From Catajapyx aquilonaris (Eukaryota), in NCBI GenBank assembly GCA_000934665.2, contig KZ538178.1:1-64000 (forward strand): DNA of 64,000 bases, read 5' to 3'. Numbering within the stretch: the first letter of the stretch is position 1; every line of letters begins with the position of its first letter. Made by a program: the position numbers and the translations under genes. Positions 40,949 to 55,400 of the stretch are shown here, piece by piece. A model generated the notes under the pieces. That model was given only the letters and a program-made list of their open reading frames with translations. It had not been told where the DNA came from and made no database searches.

Positions 40949-41249
40949 CTTAGGGGTGTGTTCCTCCTCTTTCCGAACGATGAAAGGATGAAGCCTGGGT
41001 GACCGGGTATAGAACAAAAAGGAAGGCGAGCAGCAGTGAGGAGGAGGCGAGGCGAGTCGTCGTCCCTCTGCAGGAGGAGGAGGAGTGCGTTGCGTAGGTG
41101 GGTGGGTGGGTTGGGTTGGGTTGGGTGCGTGAGTGTGTGCGTGTGTGTATGGGTGGTGGGCAGGGTGTCGACCAAGGCCCGAATAAAAAAAAGGAAAGAC
41201 TGAAATGGAACGTGCGGAGGAGAGAGTATGAGCAGTTCAGCGAATGGAA

Positions 41250-41420
41250 TGTCCCAAGTTCTGGTCAAAGGGAAAGGCGTGTGGAGGCGGCACGAGGCGG
41301 AGGCCATCTTGGGACGCGCAGCCAATCAGGGGAGAGGGTTGGGAGGCACGAGCCCTGCAGAGCTCCAACATGGAGGACGGCGACTGGATTGTGGCGGCAC
41401 CCGTGGCGGGAGATGGAACT
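41250..41420. promoter_or_regulatory. Putative SLC25A26 promoter
   Basis: GC-rich stretch ~300-450 nt upstream of the ATG, with a YY1-type GCCATCTT (~41303) and GCCAATCAG (~41321). Confidence 0.5.
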
Positions 41421-41744
41421 GAACCGAGGGAGCACTACGGTACCGTAAAAAGTTATGGAAGGACATTCCGAGACACAATCGAGTGGCCCAGTCCCCATTC
41501 ATTGCAGAAAATTCAACCGTTCAGAAGTTGACAATACTGTCGTTTGGTCACATGCTGGGCTCATTTTCGTCCACCTATTTGGCGCTATGGGAATCCTTAC
41601 CATTACATCTAAGGTCCATTCTTATACACCCATGCCTTTAACAGTATCAATTATATTAGTCATGGTCCCGAGAAAATATGTTGGAAACAATGTTATTGGT
41701 GCAAAAGGAGGGGAGCACATTGACATCCGGCATCAATTTTTGTA

Positions 41745-42304
41745 AACCCTATGGCAATGGTGTATGCATATGGGGGGTGGGGAGTTCAAACATGTTTTAA
41801 ACGACTCCCAGACACTCTGCACTGTGCACTCTGTAGTACAACTGGTACAAGTATAAGTACATTTAAACTCTGCGAATCGGCCAGAACGTTGAAACGCTCA
41901 CTCTATTTAGTGTAACTGCATAATAAGAGGAGAAAATAACCTTCATATCAGTGTCCTCTGTGAGAATGAGTGTAACTGCATAATAAGAGGAGAAAATAAC
42001 CTTCATATCAGTGTCCTCTGTGAGAATGCCTTACTCCGTTTCGCCCTGCGTATACACTAAATGCGTCTGAGGAGCAACTCAAAGGACTTTCCTAAACTGC
42101 GGTACCAATTGGCAGCATGCCTCATTGAACATAAGCCTACATGACATTCCCAGGACACAATTATTGAACAAGTGAGTATGGAGAAGAGATGCGTATTATA
42201 TACCCCAGCAATCGATGTCAAGAGCAGAAACGGCTCATACAGTATATAATAATAATTATTGTACTCGTATATGTGTCCCTGATTGCCGAAAATGTAAGGG
42301 TTAA
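41745..42304 (+). mobile_element. Degenerate piggyBac-like transposase 3' remnant
   Basis: Frameshifted fragments KP..., HMGG, WYKY, NAHSI and LRYQLAACLIE occur in the order expected for a piggyBac C-terminal region. The segment ends in AGGG followed by TTAA (42297-42304). Confidence 0.4.
41909..42028. repeat. Perfect 60-bp tandem duplication (2 copies)
   Basis: 41909-41968 is identical to 41969-42028. Confidence 0.95.
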
Positions 42305-43384
42305 ATAATAATACGTAACATTTAATTTAATTCCCTATGGCCTCCTTTTGTATTGCAGTCCAGTTGCACCACACATGTTCCGATAGGGTCGGTTGTACGC
42401 CTACGCAGGTAATGTGGCATCACAAGTGGAGTTTGCGCCACGAGTGATTGAATCGACGAGGGTCGAGGAGGGACAGGATTGCTCGCTCGCAAAGCTCATT
42501 CTGACGTCGATCTGGTCACGTGTGTCGGGGGCCAATGGCGAGGGGTACCTAAGGAGGGCTTTGCATTGGACACGTCGTGTTCAGATGAGGCCGCGGAGTT
42601 GAATAAGGGCAGGCAGGCAGGCGCCCAAATGACCACACACATCGCGCATAGAGGAACCTCGATTGGGTCGAAGAGAGTCATACATGCCGGACCATCGAAG
42701 CACCGCCGACAGAAGAAGGCATGTCCAGCAGAGCAGCACAGGATCCGGTCAGCAGGACTCGTTGCTGTTGTTGTTGCCTGCCACCCTGTAATAGCTCGTC
42801 GTCGGTCACCTGAGTAGACGAGAGACATGTGACCCTCCTCACCTTCATTTACCAAGTGCTGCCCTAGTTTTCCACGCGACAATCATCAAACAAAAGAAAC
42901 AAAACGCGACAAGTGCAATTATCATATTGTCAAGTGAGACCCACCCAGTAATAAGTGCCAAATTGTCAGGCGTCAGTCGGGCGACATCTGATGCTCACTA
43001 CGAAGTAGCTGACCCGTGCCAGATTGACCAACGCAACGCAACAACAGTAAGTACCGATTATTATCCCATCATGATGGAAGGAGTATATAGAGGTTGCTTT
43101 ATTTATTCTGTAGAAAGTTATACACTCAGTAGACTCTGAAACCTGAAACGATAAAAAAAGAAACAAGGCTGCAAAGAGCTGTCTCACGTCATGTTGCTTT
43201 TTCTTCGTGACACAAAAAGCGGCATGCCGACCGTGCAGTGCAGTGCGGTACATGCATTTTTAATGCAAAAAAAAAAAAGCGTGCAGTAACATCGATGAAC
43301 CCTTACAGCAAGGTAACACAACTGCGAACATTATTCTTCACATCCAAATGCCCACCAATTCTGCAGCTATGTCTCGCAAGGATC

Positions 43385-43394
43385 AATAATAATA

Positions 43395-43451
<57 letters not shown>
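43385..43451. repeat. (AAT)n microsatellite
   Basis: Read directly. Confidence 0.95.
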
Positions 43452-43452
<1 letters not shown>

Positions 43453-46400
43453 CCACCCCGGGGGACATTTAAAATTTCTGCCATTATTCAATAACATTGC
43501 TTAACTCCTGATGGACTCTGATTGTGGGAGGCTCGAACCATCTCGAACTATAGTATAGAGACCTGAGAGCGGGAAACTATATACATCCTCTCGCAAGGAG
43601 CTGTAATATCCGCTAATACTGTATACATACAACGGAAACGTAAAGTGAAACGGCCCTGCAAAATTACAGGCGCAGAGCACATTCACTTACCTTATTGCGT
43701 ACCTTATTCCGAGGGGTACTTATTTGGCATAAAAAAACATTACTGGGAATTCGTTTTTTCTTTATTCCTTCTTGTCTACTCCAGCCGCAGTGTTGCATAA
43801 TTCATGTTGGGAATGAAAGCAGGTTTCTCCCGGGCGCATTAAACCTTCCAAATTCGAGGAGAGATTGACCTGCACTTTCTCTGAAGAAATAAAAAGAGTA
43901 ACAAGTACTCGTGCGCATTGAGTGTGTGGAAAGGGTAGCCCCTGGAAGGTCGGCGATAAGTGAGGCAGGCTGAGAAGGTGGGCCACTTACCTCCCAGGAT
44001 AAGAATTGCAGTACATGAACAAGGCTCTATTTACGAAGTGGTCGCAGTATAACATAAGCACAGCTGAGATTGCAATGAATAATAAACGCACACGTGACCA
44101 GAGCAGCTGCAGATAAAAATAAAGCAATAAAGCACTGCGCAAGCAAGAATAATGCAGAACTCGATACATAGTGGCGCAATTGGTGGATATTTTCCATCAC
44201 AAATTGATTCTGCAAGGTTCACTGAAACTGATTCGTGCATTCATTTGGTCAAAACAGAAAAAGATTCCGAGATATATTTCCATGCGCGGAATCAATTCCT
44301 TCGAGAGCAGGCGATGCAAGGGTGCGAATATGGCCAAACGGTGTCCAGGTGGTCAGCCCTGCTTGCATGTGCTAAGAGATTCCGGCAACGCTGCAAAAAA
44401 AGGGGGGGAAGAAAGGGGGTGACCTGACATTGAGCTCCTTTTTCTGGTCAGACGAGAACGGAATCAAGCAGTGAGAGTGAAACTGGGGCGCCATCAAGCA
44501 TGAAAAGGAGTATAGGGGGCAGAAGGGAGGGTGGAAGTTTGAATCCAACCCCCCTTTTAAATCGTCAGGGGGGGCATCGAGTCTTGAAAAGTACAGGCCA
44601 CAAACGACAAATTCGCGTGCGAAAGGAATTCAAGGTGCTGCTGCTGCTGCTGCTGCACTACTCACTCCCTACCTGCTCCCCCCCCCCCCCCCTCACTTTT
44701 ATATCTTGGCACACGAAGGTCGTTACCACCATTTGTGCTTCTTTTAAAAATAAACCCTCTACATGCTCAACCATGGTCCTGATAATGATGGCAGAATGGT
44801 CCGTTATCGGGCCGCCCTTTGCCCAAAACCACATCGGGCCAGGGTCAAATCAATGGTCCAATATTAGCAGTATTCGGAGGTCATACCCACCCGAGCATCA
44901 ATTAGGTCTGGTGACAGACGCACGTGATCATAAGATGAGGGGGCATGGCTATCCTGCTGGTGTTTTATTGACCGTGACGGGGTCGGTGTAATACGGGTAT
45001 GCGTGAAATGCAAGATAATAATAAAAAAAATGCGAGAGAGAAACAAAGGGGCAGGTCCGATGACACGCTACGTCGACCGTCACATTGCACGACTGTATAT
45101 ATTTCCTTCAAGCCTTTCTTTGCCCAACTGCAATCGACTTGGCTGCTGCTGCCATACCCTTGCGAACACTGCCACTGGCACGCGATCCTCCCCCATCGAC
45201 ACCCCCTCCAAAAAACACAGGACACCAAAATAGTAAACACACGTCTGCTCAATAAATGGCAGAATTTTAGAAAATAAATATTTTATATCATATACTGTGC
45301 AACGAATCAGCAGTATTTTGTGGACAGATGGATACGCTATACACTTTTCAAATAAAACCAATATGCATTTTCCAACCAGGAGAATAGCGCGTTATACGAG
45401 TATTGCAGCTGTTGTTTTGTTTTCAGTTACACTAAAATATATAGCGTTGGGTCTGGGGCGGTGAATGCAGGATATTGGTGCGCAAAAAGTGGCAACATTT
45501 TGGCCAAGAAATGAGGACAGCTGCAGCCAGCAGCAGTCAGGAAAAATATAATCAAAGGGAAGGGGGGTTGTTGGATGGAGAGCAAGGGTGGTGGTTGGGG
45601 GTAAGAGCCTATAGATACACCGCTGCAGTGCTCGAGTGAGTGAATCTCGATAATCAATATATATAGTGTCGGTCAGTTTAAGCTGAATTGGACCACACAA
45701 GTCTACTACAGCACTGAGGTATACAGACGTATATCGGGTGGGTCGCCAGGAGTTGTTTGGACCCAGAAGGACACATACACTGAAGGGGAAATAAAGGAAT
45801 CAGGGTGTCCGGTTGGCACACTTAATTAATTGCCATTTCTGCCACCTGTCAAATCTACATAGTCCCTGGATGCAATTTCATAATCAGCAGCCAGTTATTA
45901 ACAGAACCGATGAAAGAAATGATGAGAGTATAGAAATGAGGTCACTGTCAACCCGCTGTCAACAGTCCTGTGCTGTAAAGGAGTCAGTTGCAAGTAAACA
46001 GCAGTGTTGACCACAATAATTATTGCTGTACCCAGCATGGGAAGATCATGCTTTGGTTCGGATGGATGCGTAGGATGGAGTAGGGTAATGGCATATTTCT
46101 TTAAAAATTGCGAAGGACCATAAATCCTGGAAGTGGTGAGAACTTTTTGATACCACCCTGACACCCTAGGTATACGAAAAGAAACCTCAATGTTCCAGAA
46201 CTTGCCAGCGTTCAATAACCTTTTAGGCAAACTGCTTGTTCAAACAGCTAATGTTCATCGTTGTCTTGTTCATTTAGCTATGATGTTCCCTTTCTCTCTA
46301 TTGCCCTCTGCTGTGCAAGTAAAACTATATAAATGAATTATAAGATCCGTATTCAGAGAGACCTCATGACTCAAGATTCGATTGTCTCGCGGAATATCCC

Positions 46401-46460
46401 ACCGGGCACTATATAACTAACCATATATTTTGCTTCGCTTTCTTCTCCAGATAGACCATC

Positions 46461-49400
46461 ATGGCATCCGAAGCAGTGAAAGTGATCGTGAGGTGCCGAC
46501 CCACCAACACCCGGGAGAAAGATATGAAGTGCAAGGTGAGTACACACACAGTGCGCAGTGAAATAGATAATAGTATATGCATATACGGTCTTTGGTATAT
46601 GGCGCACATCAATCTTAATAATTCGGGGTCGTAATTATTTCCGGCATGTAATTATGTTAGATTGTTAGGCCGTCACATATGTCACTCCCATTTCCACTGT
46701 CATCTCGCGAGAAAAATGTGGCCGTCCACGAGTCGTTGAATTCACGCCTGCTGCAGCATAATTATTATGAGCATGCAACCTGACAGTGACGAGTTAATTG
46801 CACTTTGATTGTACTAGTGATGACACCCATTTAAACCGGACTGATTTCATTAGATGATGACCCACGCTGTATGTCCAGAATAGTATAAGGTCTTGTCCAG
46901 TGTCTCTCCAGCAGATATCCCCCATTCACTTGCTATGTATAGTTGCAGCATGCGTGCGTGCTATTTGGCTATACGTAAAGTTGAAGGCGTCCATTCCTCT
47001 CAACCACGCGACGCCTGTATATACGTACTGCTGTAATACACAGTCTGCCTGATACTGGCAGTTTCAACCCACCGTGACGACAAAATCTGTGCTAAGGTCT
47101 GGTGCCGAGACCTACTTTACACCCCCACAAGCATCGATTGCCACTCCCTCAACACCTATATCCGTATATACAGCACACCACCATAGCTCCATTGCACACA
47201 ATGTTGTGGTCGTGCAGATACTTTGAGGGATCTTGTGCAACGCGATACACAACTTCCAAACATAGAATTACAGGAAAAGACAATAGAATAATGTATGTAT
47301 ATATGGAGGGATAAACTTGGCAAGATCTTGGTAATTACAGTATATATTATAGATAATAAATGTAATGGGCGTTATTACAATTTGCTCTCATTGCTACTCG
47401 GGTAATTAGCAGTAGACAGAGCAACCGAGAACCTCTCCATAATTACGACTATACAAGTGGAATGATACACGAGCCATTTTGGCATTATTGTTTGGAAGCA
47501 TTCGCTGCATTCGTTATAGGTTCATACAGTACTGTATCACAATGTCCAACGTCATTCAACTGAATAGTACATTCAAACTGACATTCTGAGATCCATTTAA
47601 TAGTAACATCAAGGTCTTCCAATGTTAAGAAATATTCACTGCGTAACTTCCTAACACATAATATTACACAGTAACGTGTTAAATAATTGTCTCTTGGTCG
47701 AGAATCAAAGGCGTGTAGCTTTTGGCACTGCCGAGAAAAGGTTGCAGTATGTTGCTGTATGTCTTGCCACGTGCAGAAGAATGATTACTGCAAACTACTA
47801 CAGGCTCGTCCCAAAAAGAAAATGAAAGAAAGGGAAGAATGCGCACAACTATTTCTAGCCAGAGGAGTATCTCAGTAGAAAGGCACTGTCCCGACTGGCC
47901 GGGTAAAAACACAATGTCGAATGCTATTTTGCACCGGTATTTTCAATTTTAAACATGTACTGTACTTTCATGAATGGCCTTTCATACATGTCTCGTATAA
48001 GCGTGTATAAAGAGGCAAATGTATGTATGTAATCGCAATGTCATGTACTGTACTTCTGTACACAACCCTGCATACAGACATGCGTATCGGTCAGTCGGGT
48101 CGTAAAAGCTTGAAGGTCAGATTCCGCGAGTGAGCCAGGGCTTAACCAAGCAAGCAGCAGTCTGCGCATATTTGTTTCGCAGCCGTTGCTATAGCGAAAA
48201 GTCCAGCTATAGGCGGGCTATGACTAGCTTGCAATAGACCAATCGATACATAGTACATACGTAGCCACTTCCTTTTCGCACCGAAGGCGACCACCTATAT
48301 ACTCTACATAATAAGCAAATGTCCTGCACCATCTGCCTACCCCTTTGGTATATATTATGCAATATGCGCAACTGCCATGTGTGTCCACATACATGTCGTA
48401 CGTACGTACTAAATGGCTGTATGTCAAAAATGGTAAGAGTTCAAGGTCGTCTTGGGGCAATCCATTCATCACCCTTTCTGGACGCCTTGCTTCTGCGACA
48501 CGTCTCCGCAGCTCCCCTACTATTTTATTCACTACAATATCGGAAAACTCTTCAAGTATTTGCCCCACGTACGGCGACAGCGATCGATTATTTCCTAACC
48601 ACCCAAAGTTGGGTAGGTCCAGCCGACGTTCGTGACCTTTTCCTGGCATTGACCTGCTTGATTTATGACTGACCTTTACGCATAAAAAGAGAGGGAGAGA
48701 GGAAAACCACAGTCGGAACCAATAATCCATGGGCTCCCGAATAATAACAAGAGTGATGCATGTGCGCCTTGGCCAATAAAAAGCACTTCAGCTCCTATAA
48801 ACCCCATCATTAGCGTCAGATGCTTCGGTCTTGATGGATGATTGGCGCAATCTCCTGGACCGATCATTACAGTACGTTTAATGACTCAAATAGCTGCAGA
48901 CGGCTAGTCTCCACTTCGCTCCCAAATGGATCCGAGGCCAGCTAATTACCATTAGCGGCGCCGATTATATATTCGCATATATTTATAGCAGCTCGTCTAG
49001 AAGGCCACGTCCTTTTCGCTGGGAATGACCCTTTACACATCCGAAGAGACCAATTGCTATATAAAAAGGTCGATATGAATAGAAATTGAGAAAATGTTTT
49101 CCTTTCCATTATCTGCTGTAATTTTTCTGTAATAATAATTATTATATAACATGATTTCATCAATACGTAACAGAAACCAGGCTATTTTCGGTCAAAAGCA
49201 TCGGACGTCTTTTTTTTTGTTTCAATTGAGAACTCTGCATTCGCATTATTATTTATGATCATGTTGCATCTTGTTGTTGACGGAAACTCTGCGTGCAAGA
49301 GTGACCCGTCGCAGAATCAACGTCGTAGTCCTGTCCATTGCTGCATGTCTCACTCGAGCATGTAAGTGCATACCTCTCGAGCAAGCAACCTCGAGTCAAG

Positions 49401-52400
49401 TGACGTGAAAGTTTTGAAAGTGTAGTATAGTAGCAGACATGGACAGTTCTCATGTCCAAACTTCCCAGCCCGGTCACGCAATACACCCAGACACACTACT
49501 TTTGTAATAGTTGAGAAAATCCGATGGAAACCTGGGAGAAAAAGGAAAGGAAGGGGGAAAAAAAGCTTCACTGACAGATCTCCGATGTATATACATGCAG
49601 CGTTGACGGCCAACCAAAATAAAGAAAAAAGTGCCTCTATATAGTCATGTGCCGTGTACAGCAGCAGCGAGGAATAAGGCCGCCTTACGTAACACGCGGA
49701 TATCGAACATGCTTCCATAACACATTGAAAATGCGAGGCGGGGGGGGGGGGGGGGGGGGANCTTGGGAGGCGTGATTCATAATTTTCTAGTAACATGAAA
49801 GGGATGAAAAATTGAAGGAGAATGGCCGCAGGCTGGTATAGGTCACGGTTCCTGGAACTTTGTCTTGTCTTTTCACGTTCGATAAAGTGACATCAGTGGA
49901 GGGCGAAGCAGCAGGGAATAAAGGAAACAATGCTGTTCGTGTACTACGGGTTTATTTCAAACGTGTTTCATCGCTGGCATCGCTCATGCCTATATAGGCA
50001 GCTCAGACATTTATGGCTGCTGTAAATAATTATGTGGCTCGTAACTAGTCCACGGGCAATATGCTGCGTATCATAAGCCATCCATATACAGGATCATTTA
50101 AAAATAATCAAACAATAATGAATGTGTATGGCCATATGCACTGAAAAGTGTTTCATATCGTGGGAAAAAACAACGTGAACACCTAAGGCAATAATCACAT
50201 TATGTGGCCTGTTACGGCCTGAACACTTTTAAACACTTTTAAATAAAATCTTGGGCTATAGATGGCAATAGGACAAGACATGCGATTTGTTGTCCTGCGT
50301 GGCAGTATTTATTCAGGCAAATGCACCATCACAGCTGTATAGTAGAGCCTTATGTAGTACAGTACGTGATATACATGTCTATATACATGATGGTGTGCTT
50401 TCCCCTCCTGACTTTAGACGGTGGTGTTCATGGACCCGTCCCAGTACCAGTGCTCGATAATAAACCCGATGGACGCCACGGCTCCTCCGAAGACCTTCTC
50501 CTTCGACGGCGTGTACTTCATGGACTCGACGACGGAGCAGATCTACAACGAGATCGCGTACCCTCTGGTGGAAGGCGTGCTGGAAGGGTACAACGGCACC
50601 GTGTTCGCCTACGGGCAGACCGGGTGCGGGAAGAGCTTCAGCATGCAGGGGGTGCAGAACCCGACCACCCAGAGGGGGATCATCCCGAGGGCCTTCGAGC
50701 ACATCTTCGAGGCCATCGCCACAGCGGAAGACATCAAGTTCCTCGTGCACGCCTCGTACCTCGAAATATACAACGAGGAGATACGGGACCTGCTCGGGAA
50801 GGACGCCAAGAAGAAGCTCGATCTGAAAGAGCATCCGGAGAAAGGGGTCTACGTCTCTGGTACTGCTGTGTACTCGTTATACATATCTTGTATACATCGT
50901 TATAATCATCGTGTCTGCCGAGGCTGACCTGCTGTGTCCTGATGTTTCTATCTTATTCCGTTCAATTATCCATAGATCTGAGCCAGCACCCGGTGCACAA
51001 CGTGGCCGAGTGCGAGATGCTGATGGACCGTGGGTGGCGGAACCGGGCGGTGGGGGCCACCCTGATGAACGCCGATTCCTCCAGGTCTCACTCCATCTTC
51101 ACCATCAACCTGGAGAACATGCACATGTCCCCGGAAGGAGACGACCAGCACATACGGAAAGGGAAGCTCAACCTTGTCGATCTGGCCGGAAGCGAGAGGC
51201 AAGCCAAGACAGGTACGTTGGCATACCACTCCTCATCACCTTAATAAATGTGTGACCTTTGACCCGCTGTGCAGGTGCGACAGGCGACAGACTGAAGGAG
51301 GCGACCAAGATCAACCTGTCCCTGTCTGCCCTGGGCAACGTGATATCGGCCCTGGTGGACGGCAAGTCCAAGCACATACCGTACCGGGACTCGAAGCTGA
51401 CCCGGCTGCTGCAGGACTCTCTGGGAGGAAACACCAAGACGCTGATGGTGGCCTGCGTCTCTCCGGCGGACAACAACTACGACGAGACCCTGAGCACCCT
51501 TCGGTACGCCAACAGGGCCAAGAACATCAAGAACAAGCCAAAGATCAACGAGGATCCAAAGGACGCGATGCTCAGGGAGTACCAGCAGGAGATACAGCAG
51601 CTGAAAGAAATGCTCGAGAAGCAGAAGGCGGCAGCCTTGGAGGCGCCTCCCGTAGAAACCATCACCACAGGTATATACTCACTGTACATATACGGTTAGT
51701 GGCCCTGCAATGACTCTATATATAATGTGTATATGTTCGTATAGTTGTACCGGATGAGCAGGCTCTGGAGGAGGAGAGGAAGAAGGTTCGCAGAGAGTTC
51801 GAGGCCCAGATGCGAGAGATGAAGGAGCAGTTCGAGGCGGAGAAGCTCAGCAGGTCCAAGCTCCAACAGGACATGCTGAAGCTCAAGGAGCACTACGAGG
51901 AGAAGATCAGCACCATCAGCGAGCAACCGGAGGTATATACGATACAGCAAATACATAGCCTCATTGTGCCAGGTATATACAGAATCCCTTAACGATGCAT
52001 TATTGTTTCAGGGTCCCAACCAGAAGGCTGCAGCTGAGGTGCCAAAGGGTGCCAAGGGTGCCAAAGGTGCTCCCATCACTGCTGCAGGTACCAGGACCGG
52101 AAGTGACGCAGCCAACAACGAGGCCACTCTCAGGTACGATATATGCAGGTCACGCAAAGCACGTGCTGACCCATGCATATTTAACCAACTGATTGGGCCC
52201 AACAGGTGATTAGATGGCATTTAGGGGGAGAGTACAGCAGACGGGAAGGGGGGACCCGCATTTTTATCTGCAACTGATGGGCTCAACCCTCTCCGGGTTG
52301 GCATAGGGTAGGGTTTACGGAAGCCGCCCCATTCATAATGGATGGACCCGGATAATGAGAAACCAGTCGCGTCACCACATGGGTTCATTACGAAGAGGAA

Positions 52401-55400
52401 ACGACTTTTGGGGGNGATGTGCGAGCACGTCGATATTGACGTATATACTGGATGCGTTACAGCACGCACCGCGATCGTGTTGGGAGAAAGTCACTGTCAT
52501 AAATCACGCGAATATTATAACCGAGGGAGTACATACAGTATATGCCCCCCGGTCCATTTTACGTCCCCTTTCCCCCCCACCTCCCTCGTGCTGCCCCAAA
52601 ACCAGCCCTGGCAATCAATCTATTGAACGAGCTCCTATAAATTATTATCACCATGGGGGCGGCCTTATAGCCACCCAATAAGGCGACGGGTGCCAGGCTA
52701 TATACAGACTACTATAGGAACAAAAAGAAAAAAACGAATTCACCGATTCGTACTCCTCCACCATCAATCTTCGCCAATTTGTCGCCATCGACATGTAAAT
52801 AACCACATGTGAACTATACAGACAGTTAATATGCCTCGGTACGACACCTGCAATGCACACAATTTTTTTTTTAAAAAAAAGAGGCAGGCCTGCATGGAGG
52901 AAGGGTTGCATACCCGCCTGGATAATGTTTCTGAATTCCATTATTAAAACAAATGGCGATGCCAACCGATGGCATCTGAACATAAAGTGACGTAAGGCTT
53001 TTCCAAGTGCCCAATTTCATCCTGATAGGAAGAGACGTATAGTGAACTGCCTCGTATACATTGGGCAATGATTGAAGGGTAATGGATAAATATACACGGA
53101 ATTACAGGGTAGTAAAACCGTATTCGGATAAAGGGCCGCTTACACCATCAGTATACTATAGTGAATTATTTACGCTATGTAAATTACAGTGACGATCGTT
53201 AACCTAGTACGTACCGGTGATGCAACCGCCTCGAAATGTCAACTGGAATAAGTAGGCCCACTCAAGTTCAACTTTTAAAAAATTAACCTGCTGCTGGACA
53301 GAATGGAATATTGCTACTCGTAGTTTAGTTAAAGATTGATATAAGTTTACATTTTTATTCCAATTACGTATACTGGAATAGGTTATTAAATATGGAATAT
53401 ATTACTGGCTTTCATATTGACCTATGTGTAAATCTAGAGTCAGATTTCACAAAAAAAACAAAAAAACATGAAACCTGTAGGTCACAATCATGAATAAGGA
53501 AGTGGCTGATCTGTGTTTAATGCTTTCATTTACAGGGACCCGAATTCACTGAACGAGATGCAACAAGAAGCCTTGGCAAGGTAAGTTCATGTGGCAAGGT
53601 GTTCCAAAAAGTGCGCTCGTTAATCTCTCGGTCCTTGCGAATTCCCACGTGCAGCAGGACCTGGAAAGGTCCTATAAATGCAATTTCATATTTTTACACA
53701 AGGCGAAGTTGCCCTAGATGACGTCATAAACGCAGGCATCTTTCGTTTCATTTCACAGACGAAAATTAAACCATCATGAAGGGATATGCCCGCAAAGATT
53801 CAATGTTGAATTACTGCATATCTAACAAGCAGGATATTTCATGTAGCCTTCACATGCTCGCCAAAACAGGAATTAATAAATGCGATTACTTTTGTAATGG
53901 AATGTATTGCGTACCAGACGTGCGCACCATTTGGACCATCACCCCACGAGATAACAATGAATGTATAATGCGACGAGTGGTTGCCGATGTTGCAGGCTTC
54001 ACAAGCTGGAGGAGATAATGGTTGGAGGGGAGCGTGCCCACGACAAGGAGCTCCAGGAGAAGCGTCAGAAGAAGAAGAAGGCTGCGGAGAGGAGGTTGCG
54101 CAACCTGGCCGCCAACGTGAAGAAGCAGGACGAGGCGGAGGACGAGGACGCCTTGCTCCTGAGGGTGTACGACAACATCCAGGAGGAGCTGAGGATCAAG
54201 ACGGAGGCGCTGAGGAGGTCCAAGCAGAAGACCAAGGCGCTGGAGAGCGAGATCTCGGACCTGCAGAGCGAGTTCCAGAACGACCGGACGGACTACCTGG
54301 AGACCATCCGGAGGCAGGACCAGCAGGTCAAGCTCCTGCAGCAGGTCGTCGAGAAGGTGCAGCCGACCATCAGGAAGGACTGCAACTACAGGTCAGGAGG
54401 CCTCATCACATTATTGGGTCAGTTTGGACCATCAGTGACTAATGGCTTCCCTTATATATATTCCAGCAACATTGACCGCATCAAGCAGGAGGCCATCTGG
54501 AGCGACGACACCCAGCAGTGGAGGCTGCCTGACCTCGTCATCACGAAGACCAAACTGCCCCCAGCAGGTCAGTATATGGCACACACGCACTCAAGTGTAC
54601 TACAACATCAACAAAGCGAAACGGTATGGTTTGGATCCACCAATCAGCGCGGACCATATATTCTTGGAACAGGCTGATTGTTGGATCCAACCACAACTTA
54701 CTCAAATATAAAGACAAAGATGATTGGCTCATTAGCATCAAAACATCTCTCTGTGCAACTGGTTAGTACGAAAAATACCTCCTTCAAGACCTTGCCGATG
54801 AAGTTCAATTGTAGACAATTGACGTGAAATATTGGTAAACCCCCTGATGGTCACATCATCCAAATGAGCTAATTGCTGCCCCTGCTGCTGGCCGGTTGAT
54901 ATCATGTGACTTATCATCTATACCAAATTGCGAACCATCGAGATATCTCAGTGTACTGACAACCGGCTAATCCAGCGTGGATGTTCCCTGACTGGTACCA
55001 TCGAGAGGAGGGTGCAGGAGGTCAAAATAAGGTTGTGCGACACCCGCATTTTCAGGTCCTCACCTCCACCACCAGCAGCACGGATTCGGCTTTAGGGTAG
55101 GCATGTCCAACCATCACCAGTCCAACAACATGGACGGAGTGTCCGAAGTCGGGGGAGATCCTGGTGGTGGTGGTGAAGAGGATGGTCCTTCCATGGCCGC
55201 CCCTGGTCCCGGTCCAGGAGGAGGAGTCGGAGCCTGGGGCAGTGGACCACGCGTGAGGGTGATGGGGGCCTCCGGGAGGATCCATCCCGGGGGAAGGGTG
55301 CCCTCCCGGACGGCCCCTGCCCGGATGCAGGTCGAGGGAGAGGACGACAGCGACATACTCATAAAGGTGTCAATCCATCTCACGTCAAAACGACGATGTC

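Noticed and set aside
41369..41439. MEDGDWIVAAPVAGDGTEPREHY as the first exon of a divergent gene
   Set aside because: No downstream coding exon can be linked to it, and the ATG lies within a YY1-like promoter motif.
41909..42028. Direct repeat considered as CRISPR-like
   Set aside because: Two abutting copies with no spacer, in eukaryotic DNA; a simple tandem duplication.
42496..42882. RING-like cysteine pattern (CSAGHAFFCRRC...CAMC) in a minus-strand ORF
   Set aside because: The first CxxC pair is missing and there is no supportable upstream coding exon; likely chance.
44170..44225. tRNA-like A box (TAGTGGCGCAATTGGT)
   Set aside because: No proper B box or cloverleaf; not a tRNA.
45801..46169. 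Possible MITE bounded by AGGGTGTC inverted ends
   Set aside because: Only 8 bp of inverted identity and no matching target-site duplication.
49951..50248. Imperfect AT-rich inverted repeat
   Set aside because: Short, gapped and AT-rich; cannot be distinguished from chance.
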